From Antedon mediterranea (taxonomy: Eukaryota; Animalia; Echinodermata), in assembly GCF_964355755.1 (NCBI RefSeq), contig NC_092670.1:33530388-33594387 (forward strand): DNA of 64,000 bases, in the 5' to 3' direction. This document shows, in pieces, positions 32,801 to 46,861 of this stretch. A program made the translations under genes and the position numbers. The number at the start of each line of letters is the position of its first letter. Position 1 is the stretch's first letter. The notes beneath the pieces are model-generated. The model saw only the letters and a list, made by a program, of their open reading frames with translations. It ran no database searches and was not told the origin of the DNA.

Positions 32801-34597
32801 GTATCTAGGAATTGTTTTCAATGATAAACTGAGTTGGGGAGACCATATAGACTTCATCAGCAAAAAATTAAATACCAGAATGTATTGTATGAGAACTTTA
32901 TATAAATTTAACTCCTGTGATTTGATGTTACTTTCGTTCTATAGATCCGTTATATGCAGTGTTTGGACGTACTGCCTCTCCTGTTGGGCTGGTAATGTTA
33001 CCGGAGGAAATAAAGGACGCCTTGAAACTTTCATCCGTCGGGCTGGTAAAATGATTGGTCTGGAACTGCCTTCCATTACCGATGTGCACCTAGAACACCT
33101 ACAGAAAGATTTCGAACGCATTGAGTCGGATGCCTCTCATCCTCTCCACAAAGTGATCATAGACCAACTTAATCCAAGTGGTAGATTGAGGCTCCTCGGT
33201 GTGAAAACAAATCGATATGCCAAATCCTTTATTCCTTCCGGTATCATCCAGTACCACAGGAAGTCAAGAAGATAATTTTATCTTGTATTTTTTTAGATGT
33301 TTTTATATGAATGGTTTTATGCTATATTTGTTTTTATTGTGTTTTCTTTTTTATTATGACGAGCAATGAATTTCCTTTTTGAGGATCAATAAAAGTTATC
33401 TTATCTTATCTTATCTTACTACATGATGCACAGAGGTTCTTGACTGGTTTTATACAGCCTAATGATTTCCAGTAAACCTAAAATTGTGATGGCCCTGTAT
33501 AATACAAACCTTGTTCTGTATGTACAGCTCAGTAGCCACTATGTGCATTGGCATAATAGTACTAAACGTAGCCTTTGGGTCTGCTATAATACCAACATAC
33601 CAGGATTACCTAGGTACTGTGACATTTAATGGTATGCCAGACAACATGTCAACATATGGAGTAGTATCTGGAATCTTCATGTCCGCATATTCATTAGGGT
33701 AAGTGGATTGACCTGTCCAAAGGTGATGGAAAATAAATGCAGGTATACTGTTTCTAAAATATGTGCCATTATCGAAGACAATCTTTAAAGTTCATCACAG
33801 ATATCTGTATGCCCATATGAGTTACTGATTCTAGCTGTTTTATTTAGTTTTGTATCAACTGGAGGTTAATAGAAATACTATTTTGGATACGTCCTACCTC
33901 CACCGAGGTGCAGTGTCGCGAAAACAGTTTAACACGTCTCAGAGAGATAGCCAACAGTTTGATGCGTAAATCAAACTAACACGGTATTCATAACAATGTG
34001 GCCTACTGTATATTGATATTGTAAAATAATGTCAAATAGTGAACTGTGAATACACATCTTAAGGAGTTGTAGGCCTAACTAAATCTAATGAGTATCACAA
34101 CTATAGTTTTACTGATCGATACAGTTTAACAGTGGTTCCTTAGTTGAATAAACTGTTGAAAGCAGAAAACGATGTCCATTTCTTTTGTTTCCGAAATTCC
34201 ACTGGCTCAGTGCCCGGTTGGACTCAAAACAACCCTTACCAAAGCCTACACATAAGTTCAGAACTTAATTTTGATAGTATTTATTCTTTAGGTCATTTAC
34301 TGGACCATTGCTTGGAGGCTTGTTAGTTGAAAATCTTAATTTTGGAACGGCATCTTCTTTGTTGGGGTTTCTAAACTTCACTTTTGCTATTGTAATGTTG
34401 ATCTTCTCTTTATTCGAATACAGATGTGGAAAAGGGTAAGTAAATATTATATTATTCAATATTGTGTCAATCCTGTTGCATTACAATTAGGATTTTGTGT
34501 TTACTTAATTAATTTGTCTTTTGTTAGGAGAAGAGAATTGATATGTAGCTCAAGATTTAATCATAGGATAGATGAAGGTCAAAGTCTGGTTAAATGA
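26879..34597 (+). CDS. SLC18B1: SLC18B1-like MFS vesicular transporter, copy B (11 coding exons, 477 aa)
   Basis: Exons 26879-27121, 27633-27728, 28787-28860, 29298-29445, 29547-29615, 29906-29996, 30481-30617, 31053-31243, 33528-33698, 34292-34435, 34528-34597; all GT-AG and phase-consistent. Motifs SILAPFFP.EA, VGLIFG, GLMIGPFIGGVLYE.GG..LPF, FLDPTL, TYGVVSG. Confidence 0.9.
30125..30290. mobile_element. Small MITE family with AAGCTCTGTCTACACTATCAAAC-like TIRs (other copies ~45930-46045 and ~50754-50840)
   Basis: The ACACTATCAAAC left end recurs at all three loci; the matching GTTTGATAGTGTAGAC-type right end is clear at ~50820 and degraded at the other two. Confidence 0.6.
31835..33418 (+). 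mobile_element. Rex1/Babar-like non-LTR retrotransposon, 5'-truncated and frameshifted
   Basis: KAAGPD.IPPRVLK.C, IIPVPKK...NDLRPIALTS, DPLQFAYR, YFDFQSAFNTIQPH, GIPQG and KFADD RT motifs over four broken ORFs; AATAAA plus (TTATC)n tail. Confidence 0.9.
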
Positions 34598-36381
34598 AGT
34601 AAGAGAGAGAAATACAATACAATTTGTGCTCAATGACTTAACACCAAATGTCGCAGACGAAACATAAATTGAACTAAGTGATTTAGTTCTGCAGCTACTA
34701 GTCTCTAGTTACTCGTTAACTCTCTACAATTTCGTCATAATGGTTACTCGTTGCTAACTTTTGAAATCTCCTCCTATGGTCCTTTCTACCGAATGACAAA
34801 ACAGGAATTTAACCAGTTATGACATTTCTAAGGTATTCTGAAATCTCGTCATTATAGCCCTTTGTCGAAATTTCATCACGAAAAAAATCCCTAAACTACA
34901 AAATGCAGGTGGAACAGATGAAAACCCCTAATTGAACCAGTTCCACAGATAGAGCTTCTTCAGTTATATCTATCTAAAAAAGCTTATCATCAGGCACTTT
35001 CTACGAGAATCAGACATGTAACAGGATCCAGATTTTCTGGATAATGATAATACGGTCTATTTTATGAATGATATATTATATAAGTTTTATTTATTAAATA
35101 AAATATTGGTGTATTGTATTCAAGAAGCAGATTTCGCAAAAAAATGTTTTACAGTTTTCTGTTATTTTTTTACGTTTTGCGCGCGTTGGTTTTTACGACG
35201 ATGTGCGGCTCTAAAACGGTAATTTCATTTCATTATTTATTTGGTCTATTTAAGTATATGCATTACAAAAACAAACTGAAATTGGGGAGACCAAGGTCAA
35301 CCTAAGTGAACTGAATCACTGTAGCTGAGCCGGTTTACCCAACCCCTAAGTTAGTGTACACATAAAAGACAACAAGACAAAATACAGTTACAGCGAATCA
35401 AAATGAATATGAACTTTTCTAATGAAGGCTGATGGGATTTCTAGGTCGTGTGAATATAAAAGCGGAAATGATTAAGTAAAGATCGATATGCATTTTTATT
35501 ATTTTACGAAATGTCAACACATTAAACAGATACTGCAAGTCATCTTAACATTTTTGTTTTTTTTTTAAGCTATAAATCCTGGAATGAGCTTATAAGCAAA
35601 TTGGCAATTAGTAAAACTAAATGGAATTATAATTATAAAGAAATTGAACTATTGTTCCATGGCGTTTGCTATAATTATCATTGCTACTTATGTCGAATAA
35701 ATACCTTGCTTGCTATTCGTTACTTAGAGAACTTTAATTGAACGCCTGCCAAACTAATGGCGTTTCTAGTTTAATCCAGAAGAATGGAGCTTCATGCTAG
35801 AACAAGAAGAAAGAAGATCTTTAATTTTGATGACTTGTCAAACCTTGTTAATGTTTATAAATAACAAACATTAGGATTGAAAATTACAATTTTGATCATT
35901 CACAAAACAATTTTGAAGGGAATTGGTTCATTTTGATTAATGGTGAGTATATATTTGTTACATTTTGTTATTACTTCCATACAGTAATCTACTTATAATT
36001 TTATAATTTGGAATTTTGGAATGTTCTTTTTAGAACTACTGTATTAATTCGATTCAGGTACATTACAAGTTAGTCAATAAAACACAAGTACAACTTGTTC
36101 ATTTAAAAAGAACAGTTCTAGAAAATAGTCATTATATTGAAATTATATGTAACCAACTATTATATCTAAATGTCATGCATGTAGCTGAGCTTTTAGGAGG
36201 GGGGGGGGGGGGGGGTTGGGGGTTGAAATCCAAAACGCTTTTATTTACTTACCATTTTTCATCCAAAATGCATTTGTTGATGAAGAAACATTTTTATTTA
36301 AATTACTAATATAAAATAGAAAATATCCATTACTTATTTCAGAGAGCGTTCTGATCCTAAGCAATACCAACTTATTTGGCT

Positions 36382-39300
36382 ATGCCACACGGATTTTCAA
36401 TGGACCAACTGTCTTCAGTTGAACTGTCGTTAGTTGACGTTGCTACTGATTCCATTGCTCCTGCTCGAATTACCGATGGACCACCATCATCAAAGTCTAA
36501 TGTTTCATGGACCCGTGTACAAAAAATCATCATGGTGTGCATTGCGTTATCACACGTCTTAAACAATATGGCATATTCTGTCCTTACTCCGTTTTTTCCT
36601 CTAACCGTGAGTATACTTTAAGTTCAGTTTCATAATGAAGATGTATTGTCACCTGCCACACCTCCACTCCCAACCAAACATTAAAAACCAAAATGAATAA
36701 AATAATTGTGTGGACTTATTTACTTCCGCAGAAAAAAAACTAAAAATAAACTGTCAAATTTAACCAAAAACTGGTTGTTGTTCGGTGTACTTGACTTGTT
36801 TTAATTTTCCTATTAACTAGGGAAATTGAAATAAGAAATGAATCGTTATTCACTTTGACCAAAAATGTGTTGTTCAAAGTGAATACCGATTATGCAATAG
36901 GCATATCATTAGGACAAATGATCTTTTAGGCTTTCTTATGTTTTCAATCAAATATATAAACTATCATAACCTCTCGTAAACACAAATTAAGAATAAACAA
37001 ATATGGAACAGAAATCTAATCCGCAGTGTTTGTATTTCTATTCAAAATATGTAACTAGATATACGACACATTCTATTTTACAGGCAGAGGACCACGGGGC
37101 TACACCGTCTGAAGTAGGACTAATATTTGGGGTTTACTACGTGTCAATGTTTGTCTTTGCACTAATCACCGGAAAACTTGTGAGTCTAAGAAACAATTTT
37201 GTTATTTATTAAAAATATTTAAAAAAATGTTATAAAAATGAGCATGTAGAAGGACAATGCATGTATTAGGATAGTCAAGATACAGTAGTGTAGAAATTAA
37301 AAAAAAACTATTGCAGAGCCAATGCATTTTGAATTGAAGAAAACTCGGAAAAATATTACAATGATTTATTCCTATACAATGGCAAGAGAAAAAAGGGTAA
37401 AAATGAAAACATGTTTAGTACAAGCATTAAAACAAAATGCTGGTGGTGAAATTACAGTAAAAATAAAATTTTTCAACTTAACAATGACAACAATTTGGCA
37501 AGATTTACTATTCTATAACCTCCGAGGTTTTATGAATAAATGTCAAAATTTTTTTTTTGTAGATCCCAGTGTTTGGGTTAAAGCCAACCTTTACAGTGGG
37601 TTACGTCATTGCGGCAATAGGAAATATCCTGTTTGGGTAGGTTTTTATCACTTTATTATTTTATTCATAATATCAACATACAATTAGCTGCCAAGACAAG
37701 TTACTTCTAGATTAATCCTGATCTGATTTCTTTATACTTAATTAATTAATATTGACCATTGCTATCACAATTTGTTAGTAACTAATATTATTGACATTGT
37801 ACCTTCTCTAGTATTGGAAAGGTTTGTCAATCGCCATGACATTCTGATTAAACGTTATGTATGGCCTAGATGATCTTGAACTATCAATACACACATCTAT
37901 GTTGATCCTTATCTTTGCTTTATAATTGACATTTCATGCAATAAATGTTTTTTTATGAAAAAGGGTCCTAAATAAAGTAAGTAAAATCGTAGAGGAAACA
38001 TTTATTACATGATAGATTTCTTACGAACTAAAGTCAGGTTCATAATTGGATACATTATTTTTCTGTAAATGGAAAAAAAAGTTTGTGCTTATGTTATGGA
38101 ACGAAATAAAGTTGATTGATTGTCACAAAATCAAAACTCATATTTTGGAAAATGTTCTTAATCGACAAAGCAAATTAGACAGGGCAAATTATAACGTTTT
38201 AATATTTATCAAACAACATTTTCCCACAATTTCCAGCAATGTGGTTTGGTGAGAGTGTAGAGAAGTACATATAAATCTATAATCTGCAGTTAAACACACA
38301 ACTCGTAGAATGCGCGCGAACACCACCATAATGAATATTGTGTATTTATTTATTATTTGTGTATGCTGGCACTCTGCTATGCTACCAAATAATAATTATT
38401 TTATTTTAGATTTGTTGACATTTTCGAAGATAAATCAACATTTTTGGCCGTCTGTTTTTCGTTACGAGTTTTGACATCCATGGGAGGAGCAGCAGCAATA
38501 ACGGCGAGCCTAACAATACTTGCAAATTGCTTTCAAGGAACAATGTCCCAACCAATGGTAAGTATAATTAATTATGAAACTGGTTTCATTGATGTTGATA
38601 CAGTTTTACTCTTAAACTTGATAAAAAAATTACAAAATAGACAACATGTTATTATGTATCCATCCGTAAGATCTAGAATTGTATTATATAATATATACAA
38701 ATGTGTAGGTAGGTTAAGCTTTCACAACAACACAATTTAATAAATCTAACATATTATATTGTATATATATTTTTTTATTTCTTGATTACATTTTATATTA
38801 AACCATATTAGACCATGGACACTTGAAAGAGAAGGATTTGCGTCATGGGTAACAGAAAAAAAAATCCAATCTGCAATCCAATAATCATTAATCTCACTAA
38901 TTTACATAGGAGATTTTAATATTTTAGTGCCTGGTGATGACAACTGCTCATCTACGTCACAGCCACAATCACTTGATCTCAAACCACGGTTTATGTGGGG
39001 TAGTCAACTTAACTACACATGCGCAGCGAAGATTGAAGGCTACGTCATTATTGGCATTAACACAAAGTCATCTAAAATATATTATTTCCATCTTTGAAAT
39101 AAAGTTTAATTATAATAATAATGTATAATAAACTTTTATATGTAGGGAAATATTGCTGCAAGTGCTGGACTCGGTATGATATTAGGTCCATTTGTTGGTG
39201 GCTTACTTTATGAGGTCAGTGTTTCTTAAATCTATTATATACGTATGATGAGTACCTCTTGGCCATAATTCAATAGATTTTACAAATCGTTAGGCCTAAT

Positions 39301-42300
39301 GCATTTCTAAAACACACTGTTATGTTTTGTACAGCATTACACCGCAACAGCTCTGGTAGTGATTGACTATGAAGTTAGGATTTCTAGGCCATGTGTAGCA
39401 AGATGCCGCTCAACATTTCTCTGGGGTGTACAGTGTCAGTGAAAATAAGAGTACGGTAGTAACCGGACCTAGACAAACTAGGGATAATCTCCAGCAATAA
39501 GGCATGGCTTTGACAAGGATTTGATTTGACTACAAAGGTTTTTATGACTTGGAAAATTCAACAACCTATACTGTAGCTTGATATTTAAATCCATAATTTT
39601 AATACCAATATTTATTACGAGATACCCGGTATACTGTATAGATACTCAACTTAACTCGCTACTTTGGGTAAAGATTTTAGACTTTAGAACTCGGTAGAAT
39701 TCGATCCATTCTAATGATTGTTTACCGCAAAACGTTGGCTACAGTAACTGTATGAAGACAGAATGTTCCTGAAAGAGTATATCCTACGTGGGAGCTTTTG
39801 ACATCAACTTGAACTCAGTGACATCTTGAACGCACAGCCTTTCTATTCTTTTTTTTTTAAATCTTTCTCATACTTCTTTCGAAAGAAACATTGTTTTGGT
39901 CATAACTCATCAAGAAGCAACTTGCTTACTTGGTGACAAACCTATTGCAAGTTGTTCATTATATCTTTATATATTTTACAATTTACTTCCAGATTGGCGG
40001 CTTCATTTTACCATTTGTTGCAGTGGGTGTTGCAATGTTTATCAATGTGATTGCGGTGTCATATATAATTCCAGAAAACGCACGTAAGTCGAGTGATACC
40101 GAAAAAAAAAACATACCGGCCGTAAATAAAAGAAACCCATGTGTTTCTTCAGTTTATTAGGACTCTTGTGTGGACTTTATTTTGAGAGGGGCGTCTTTTT
40201 TAGCCCAAAAGGTTTATTTTTAGAGGTCTCCTTAATGTAAAGTAAACAGACAATGGCCATCTTACGACGCCTTGCATTTGTAAATTATATTTTCTCGTCT
40301 CATATTTATTAATACCCAAATTATATGAAATCATTTTGCCAAAGAAACGTCTTACTGACTGAACGCTACTTGGTTGCTAAAGAATAATTACTTCTTATAA
40401 TACCCCAAGGCTCTCTTCTTGACCACCTCCTATTTATTCTATATATTAATGATATATATCTTTCTTCTTCAATTCTTAATTTTTTTCTATATGCTGACGA
40501 CACCACTGTTTATTACTCTGACCCTGATATTCAAACCTTATTTAATACTGTTAATACCAATCTGACCCTCATGTCTCAATACTTTTAGCTAACAAACTTT
40601 CTCTTAACAACAAAAAATGTAACTTCATCCTGTTTGGGACCCCTCAGAAAATTAAAAACATTGATACTGCAAACTATAACATTTCTATTAACAATCATGA
40701 TATTCCCTCAGTTCAATCTGCTACATTTTTAGGAGTTCATCTTGACAGTCGACTTTCATGGAAAAATCACATCAATTTTGTTCAGAATAAAATTTCCAAA
40801 AGTCTTGGCATCATCACTAGACTTTCTTCTTTTTTACCCCCTAACATTCTTCGTATTCTTTACTGCTCCCTTATCCTGCCTTATCTTATCTGCGAAATAC
40901 AAAGATTTGTTTAATTTTGTGACGATAATTATCTCCAAATAAATGCATCAAAAACAAAGGAGATGATCATTGATTTTAGGAGTAAACATAAATTTAATTT
41001 TCAACCAATCACTATCAAAGGTAAAGAAATTGAAATTGTTGACCAGTACAAGTATCTAGGAATTGTTTTCAATGATAAACTGAGTTGAGGAAACCATATA
41101 GACTTCATCAGCAAAAAATTAAGTCCCAGAATGTATTGTATGAGAACTTTATATAAATTTAACTCCTGTGATTTGATGTTACTTTCGTTCTATAGATCCG
41201 TTATATGTAGTGTTTGGACGTACTGCCTCTCCTGTTGGGCTGGTAATGTTACCGGATCGGAGGGAATAAAGGACGCCTTGAAACTTTCATCCGTCGGGCT
41301 GGTAAAATGATTGGTCTGGAACTGCCTTCCTTTACCGATGTGCACCTAGAACACCTCCAGAAAGATTTCGAACGCATTGAGTCGGATGCCTCTCATCCTC
41401 TCCACAAAGTGATCATAGACCAACTTAATCCAAGTGGTAGATTGAGGCTCCTCAGTGTGAAAACAAATCGATTTGCTAAATCCTTTATTCCCTCCGGTAT
41501 CATCCAGTACAACAGGAAGTCAAGAAGATAATTTTATATTGTAATTTTTTAGATGTTTTTATATGAATGGTTTTATGCTATTATTTGTTTTTATAGTGTT
41601 TTCTTTGTTATTATGACGAGCAATGAATTTCCTTTTTGAGGATCAATAAAAGTTATCTTATCTTATCTTATCTTATCTTAACTATTGCAATATGTTCTTG
41701 TGCAACACTTATCCTTCCAGTATTAAAAAACTTCAAACTCTTCAAAAAAAGGCCATCAGAGTTATATATGGGTTACCCCTGTCTCATTCATCTCATCTGT
41801 TTTCAAAGCTCCATCTTCTCAAAGTCTCTGATATCAATCTAACCCAACAAGGCTCGTTCATCTTTTCTTCTATTAATTCTAACCTTCCCAAACATCTCTG
41901 CTCCATGTTCACTCCAAATTCTTCAATTCATTATCATCATACCCGTATTTGTTCAAAATTACATATTCCAACCCATAAAACCAACCACTTTCAACACAAC
42001 ATTAGGTATTCCGGACCCACTTTTTGGAACGATGCCACTCCCCATCTTAAACTCTGTTTCTAGCAAATAATTTTTATCTAAACTTAAAAGTCACCTTATT
42101 TCCAAATATTAACTTTTCCTCGGTCGGGTTTTTTTTAAAATTTATTATTTATTTTTTTTTTAATTTTCATTGTCTGTGTCTGTAATAGGTACGTCCTCCA
42201 CAAGATGTGTTTTCATCTTTCTGGGCGTGTACCTTCTTCTTTCGAAATTTTGTTTACATTATATATTGTTCATTGAAATCTATTTTGTATATGAAAGGAG

Positions 42301-45300
42301 AAAACAAATGTTGCTTTGAATTGAATTGAAAATAAAATACAGTATTCATTGGTTGCAGTACATAGTTGGGTTATATGCATTGTCATGCAATATAACTTGT
42401 TTTTTGTTTGTTTTTCCAATAGCCTTAAACTCAAAAGTAACAGGGTCGCTTCTACACACAATGTGCGTCCCTGGAGTATGGGTTGGAGTCATTTCAACTG
42501 TATTAGGAGGAGTCTCAATGTCTTTCCTGGAACCAACACTTTCTCAAGAGTTACAGAAGGTATGTTTTTTTTATCTAATGTGTTGACGTACTTTACAGTA
42601 CTATAATCTATATATAAATTATGGTTAATTCTGACATAGGCGAGCACAATGCAGAAACTTCTCTACAAATCTCCGCCTTGGATACCTACCTTATCTATCC
42701 GAGATGTACCGCGAAACGTAGATTTGATAACATTAGTGTGCACGCCGACGCTATTGTTCCATATTTATATCTTAGGAAGATGTTATAAAGAGTTTTTTAA
42801 CAACATTTATGATTTCAACATTGGATTTTCCTCTGAATTTCAATTCTTCCCGGTCAAAGTAATTTCCGGGTTTAAGATAAGTTCAACTTAGTTTCAAATA
42901 TTTTCTCTGTTTTATACACAAGGGAGCAGTTAAAATAATAGATTTGACCTTAAAGGTGACTGGAAACAGGCACTTTCCATCAATCAATACAGTGTCCCTT
43001 TGGAAGACGAAAAAAAAAATTGGCCATTAATCATAGCCATTTCAGTTTTTTGTTTATTTTAAAACATACCACACGTGTGTGAAGGTACAGTAGTTAAATA
43101 ATAGGAATTATACTGCAAATTAATAAAGATCAAATTAAATATACGCCATAAAGAATCAGAATATATTGTGGGGAATAGTATTATAAAATTACATAGGGAG
43201 ATTTGATAAGACATTTTTCGAGTGAAACCCCGATAGCTGAGTTTTATTGAGTAAGCTTGCAGGAATAACTGTAGGCTATCTTCCTGTGTCCCGTTAGGAC
43301 CGAGATGTCTGCCCATGTTGCAAGCCGTAATGTCTTCTTTCTTGGGCCCACTCTGTCACGGCAGTTAGTTTCAAAAGATGATTAAATTAAATAATGTATT
43401 AATAATTATTAGGATGGTATTCATTTGAATAAACGCCTCTCCAATAAAACATCACTTTGAATAATAACCCCCCGCCCTCCCCACCCCCCCCCCCACAACC
43501 CAACTATCTAATAAACGTCCATCCACATATTTATAATAACACAATTATACTATTTGTAGTAGAATTCACCGCACTGTTATCTGCAATTTACCAAGCATTT
43601 GTTATTCTTTTTTACCACTTTTCATATCTATGAGAGGATTTCATTTGATTATAAAATGTTACCATATTATTAGAACTAAAAAATTTAACATACGGTATAT
43701 CCCTCGAATGAGCACCTCCCTCAAATGACCTCCGCCTCCCCAAAGGGCCCTACCAAACAATAAAAACTATACTTTAAAATGTTATTAATCATCTAAAACA
43801 CTGTGAAACAAAGTAGTTTAGTTTTACGAATGTCAAGCATTTTCAATAATGGTAACCGACAGAAAATGTATAAGGAGAACATTATCATTCCGAGAACCAT
43901 CGTCTACACTTCCTAGAGGGGGAGCGAGCGAAGCGAGCTCACCCTCTAGTTACTGTAATTAATGATAATAGTATAATTGAAACGTTAGGATTGACCTAGC
44001 TACAGCTAAGTAATCGTCGTCTTCTGAAAAAAAAAACGAAGTTCAACGGCCATATAATGAAATACAACGGTCATTATACCAACATTTAACGGTATATGAC
44101 TTAAGTGTCCAATGGAGTAGTGATTGAATATGATGTGACCCACAGGACATACCAGGATACAAACATTTTTGTCGTGTTTGAGGCTAGGTAGGCTATTGTA
44201 TGCTGTGAATGAAAATGAATAAAAACATTTAAAAAAATAAACAAATTATTCAATCAATTGAAAATAATCTTGTTAGGTGTTATATGATATAACATAATGT
44301 AAGTTGATTTAGATTTGTATTCATTTGTAGTTTTTTTCTTTACAGTTTAATCTCGACGCATTTGAAACTGGATCTGTATTTCTGTTAATGGGAGTAGCAT
44401 TTTCCATCTCTTCACCTATATTCGGGTTCCTTGCTGACAAATATAACTGTCCCCGGAAAGTAGTCATCTTCGGATATTTTGGCAGTATCATAGGTTATAT
44501 CATCACTGGACCATGGCCAATCGGAAATATTTCACAGTAAGAAAATATTGACAATTATTCCTTATACCAACACGAACGGTTAGATCACCAATTATACAAA
44601 ATGAATTCGGCATTTAATTTCTGCGTGTAGAATGTAATAAGATGTATCACCAATGCCTCGTGAGTGAAACTTTACATTTTTATATGAATCATAGGGCAAA
44701 AGTTTAGTTCAGAAATTTCAATCGAAAAAAAAATAAAATACTACAAAATCTCAGTGGGTGCGCATAACGACAATATTGAGAGGTGGCGCTATATCGTGTT
44801 CAAAAGAGACAAATTCAGATATTATAGAAAATCGAATTTGTCAAAAATGTGGAAATTTTTCAAGAATAGTGACATTGGTACCGGTACTATACTGTAGTGT
44901 GTCTAAAATAGAAAAAGTTTCCAATATAGAGAAATTCAAATTTGTCCAAAATGTAGACATTTTGTCAAGAATAGTGACAATGTTGTCTCCAAAATAGAAA
45001 ACTGTCCCGATATATAATATTTCTGTGAATAATTGGAAACTCAGAAAATGTAAATGTCTTACATTTGGCGATTTCTGTTTTGGACACGATACAATGTAGA
45101 ATAAAGATGTCGTACCATAATTGATTATTTGAATATTTACAGTACACTCGTGACGATATGCGTTGGTATTTTCGTGCTGAACATCGGGCTAGCCAGTGGT
45201 CTTACTGCAGGTTTACAAGATATGATAATTGCAGCAGTCTTTAATGGTTTTACAGAAGACACAAAAACATACAGTGTTCTCTCAGGAATAAGAACATGCG

Positions 45301-46628
45301 CATACTCGTTTGGGTAAGTGCAGAAGAAACACTAATCTGGCTCCCAATTTATAATTACCTGGAATTTAAAAATACGTTTGGTTTTCCTAAAGATGTATTG
45401 TCCCCCTGAAAAGTAATTCTTAACAATGTTTCATTTCAATGTAACATAATAGGTATACACTTTTGACCAAAAATTAGATTGAGAAAACAATTGTATTTAC
45501 CTGAAAAAACGTTCAAAGCTATGGGTTTTTGTTTTCACTTCACCATTTGATCGTTTTATAATTGAAAACCAAATTTTCTTTTTCTACGAAAGTGAAACTT
45601 TATAACAATAATAAATAACATTTATAAAGCGCAAGAGACAACGGTTTCAAAGCGCTGTGTTTTCCAAGATCTATGCAAGTAGTAGCGTGTGATTATGCTT
45701 CTCTGAAGAGATGAGTTTTGAGTTTATAACAAAATATATAATACAAAATAACATATTTCATGTTTTTGGGGGACAATACATCTTTAAGCAATGTTTTACA
45801 CTGACATTGCACATTATTTACTTCCTAAATACTTTAATGAGAATGTATTATAAAATATTATTATTAATAGGAAGTTATTCTGATTTGAGATAGAAAATAT
45901 TCATTATCATCACTTTTACGCTTGTTATGCAGCTCTGTCTCTACACTATCAAACGTTATTTATATATAGACATATGGATACGATGATGTCATATCACTAC
46001 AGTACCATTTAAGCACATCATGTTTACAATGGTATAGACAGCTTAATAGTGATGCTATTTATTTTTAACACAGTGCATTTGTTGGACCCACTTTGGGTGG
46101 AATTTTGGTTGAACAGTTTGATTTTGCAACTGCTACATTGATCTACGGACTGTTTACTTTATTTGTTTGTTTCATGACAATATTGTTTTGTTTCTGGGAG
46201 TATAGATGCGGAAAAGGGTAAGTAGGGAGTTTTTTTTGTAAGCACAGCATTGGACCTATGTAATAGAGCATGAAAACCCACTAAGCTGATGAAAAAAACA
46301 TCATAAATTAAGTTTTTACGACGTAAAAACGACAAATTAAGGAAGGATTTTGTTAATAATGGTTAATTATTGGTTTTGGACAAACTTTAGGCCTAGAAGA
46401 AAATCAAAATGACAATCAATTGCTAATATAACTATTTTCCATTTTTCCTTTGATTATTTGCTTAAAATGTATTTTATTTCTTTGTCTTTATTTAGAAGAC
46501 GTCAATCAGTCTTGTTTTCGAGGTTTTTCTCTAACTCTACGGATATGTACAATGAGCGAACCAGTCTATTGGCAAACGCTAAGAATAACGTTGACACAGA
46601 AAGAAATTATTCTCGCGGTTATCATTGA
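36382..46628 (+). CDS. SLC18B1: SLC18B1-like MFS transporter, copy C (11 coding exons, 492 aa)
   Basis: Exons 36382-36606, 37084-37179, 37563-37636, 38410-38557, 39146-39214, 39993-40083, 42423-42559, 44346-44536, 45143-45313, 46074-46217, 46496-46628; internal exon sizes 96/74/148/69/91/137/191/171/144 match copy B. Confidence 0.88.
40401..42332 (+). mobile_element. CR1/L2-group LINE remnant, interrupted by a nested Rex1-like copy
   Basis: PQGS, LFILYIND, YADDT, FLGV.LD..L.W..HI and LQKKAIRVI motifs; (TTGAA)n tail; absent from the paralogous site in copy A (~18875-18890). Confidence 0.85.
40892..41680 (+). mobile_element. Second, shorter copy of the Rex1/Babar-like LINE
   Basis: Near-identical to 32641-33418 including the (TTATC)n tail; has a stop and a frameshifting insertion. 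Confidence 0.92.
42607..43949 (+). mobile_element. Non-autonomous Helitron
   Basis: A|TCTATATATA start; CTAGAGGGGGAGC...GCTCACCCTCTAG|T hairpin end; GCGAGCGAAGCGAGC loop. Confidence 0.7.
45388..45786. mobile_element. MITE with 19-bp perfect inverted ends TAAAGATGTATTGTCCCCC
   Basis: Left end at 45388, reverse complement ending 45786; related solo ends near 24650 and 36640. Confidence 0.75.
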
Positions 46629-46710
46629 AAGATAACAAACGTTCCAATATAGTGACTGAATGATTTTGATTCCATGACTTGGAAGCGATAGATGCTACAT
46701 AATGTACTGC

Positions 46711-46861
46711 TAGTGGCGGATCCAGGATTTAAAATAGGGGCGGGGGAGGGGGGGGGGGGCAGGGGTTGCAGGGTCTGAAAATGGCAAATTGTAGGTGCCT
46801 AACTAAAATTAGCAAAATGTAGTGCAGTGGGGTGGTAGGAGAGTGCTTGAATCCGCCTCTG
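46711..46861. mobile_element. Short MITE with AGTGGCGGATCC...GAATCCGCCTCTG ends and G-rich core
   Basis: Imperfect ~12-bp inverted termini around poly-G tracts. Confidence 0.5.
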
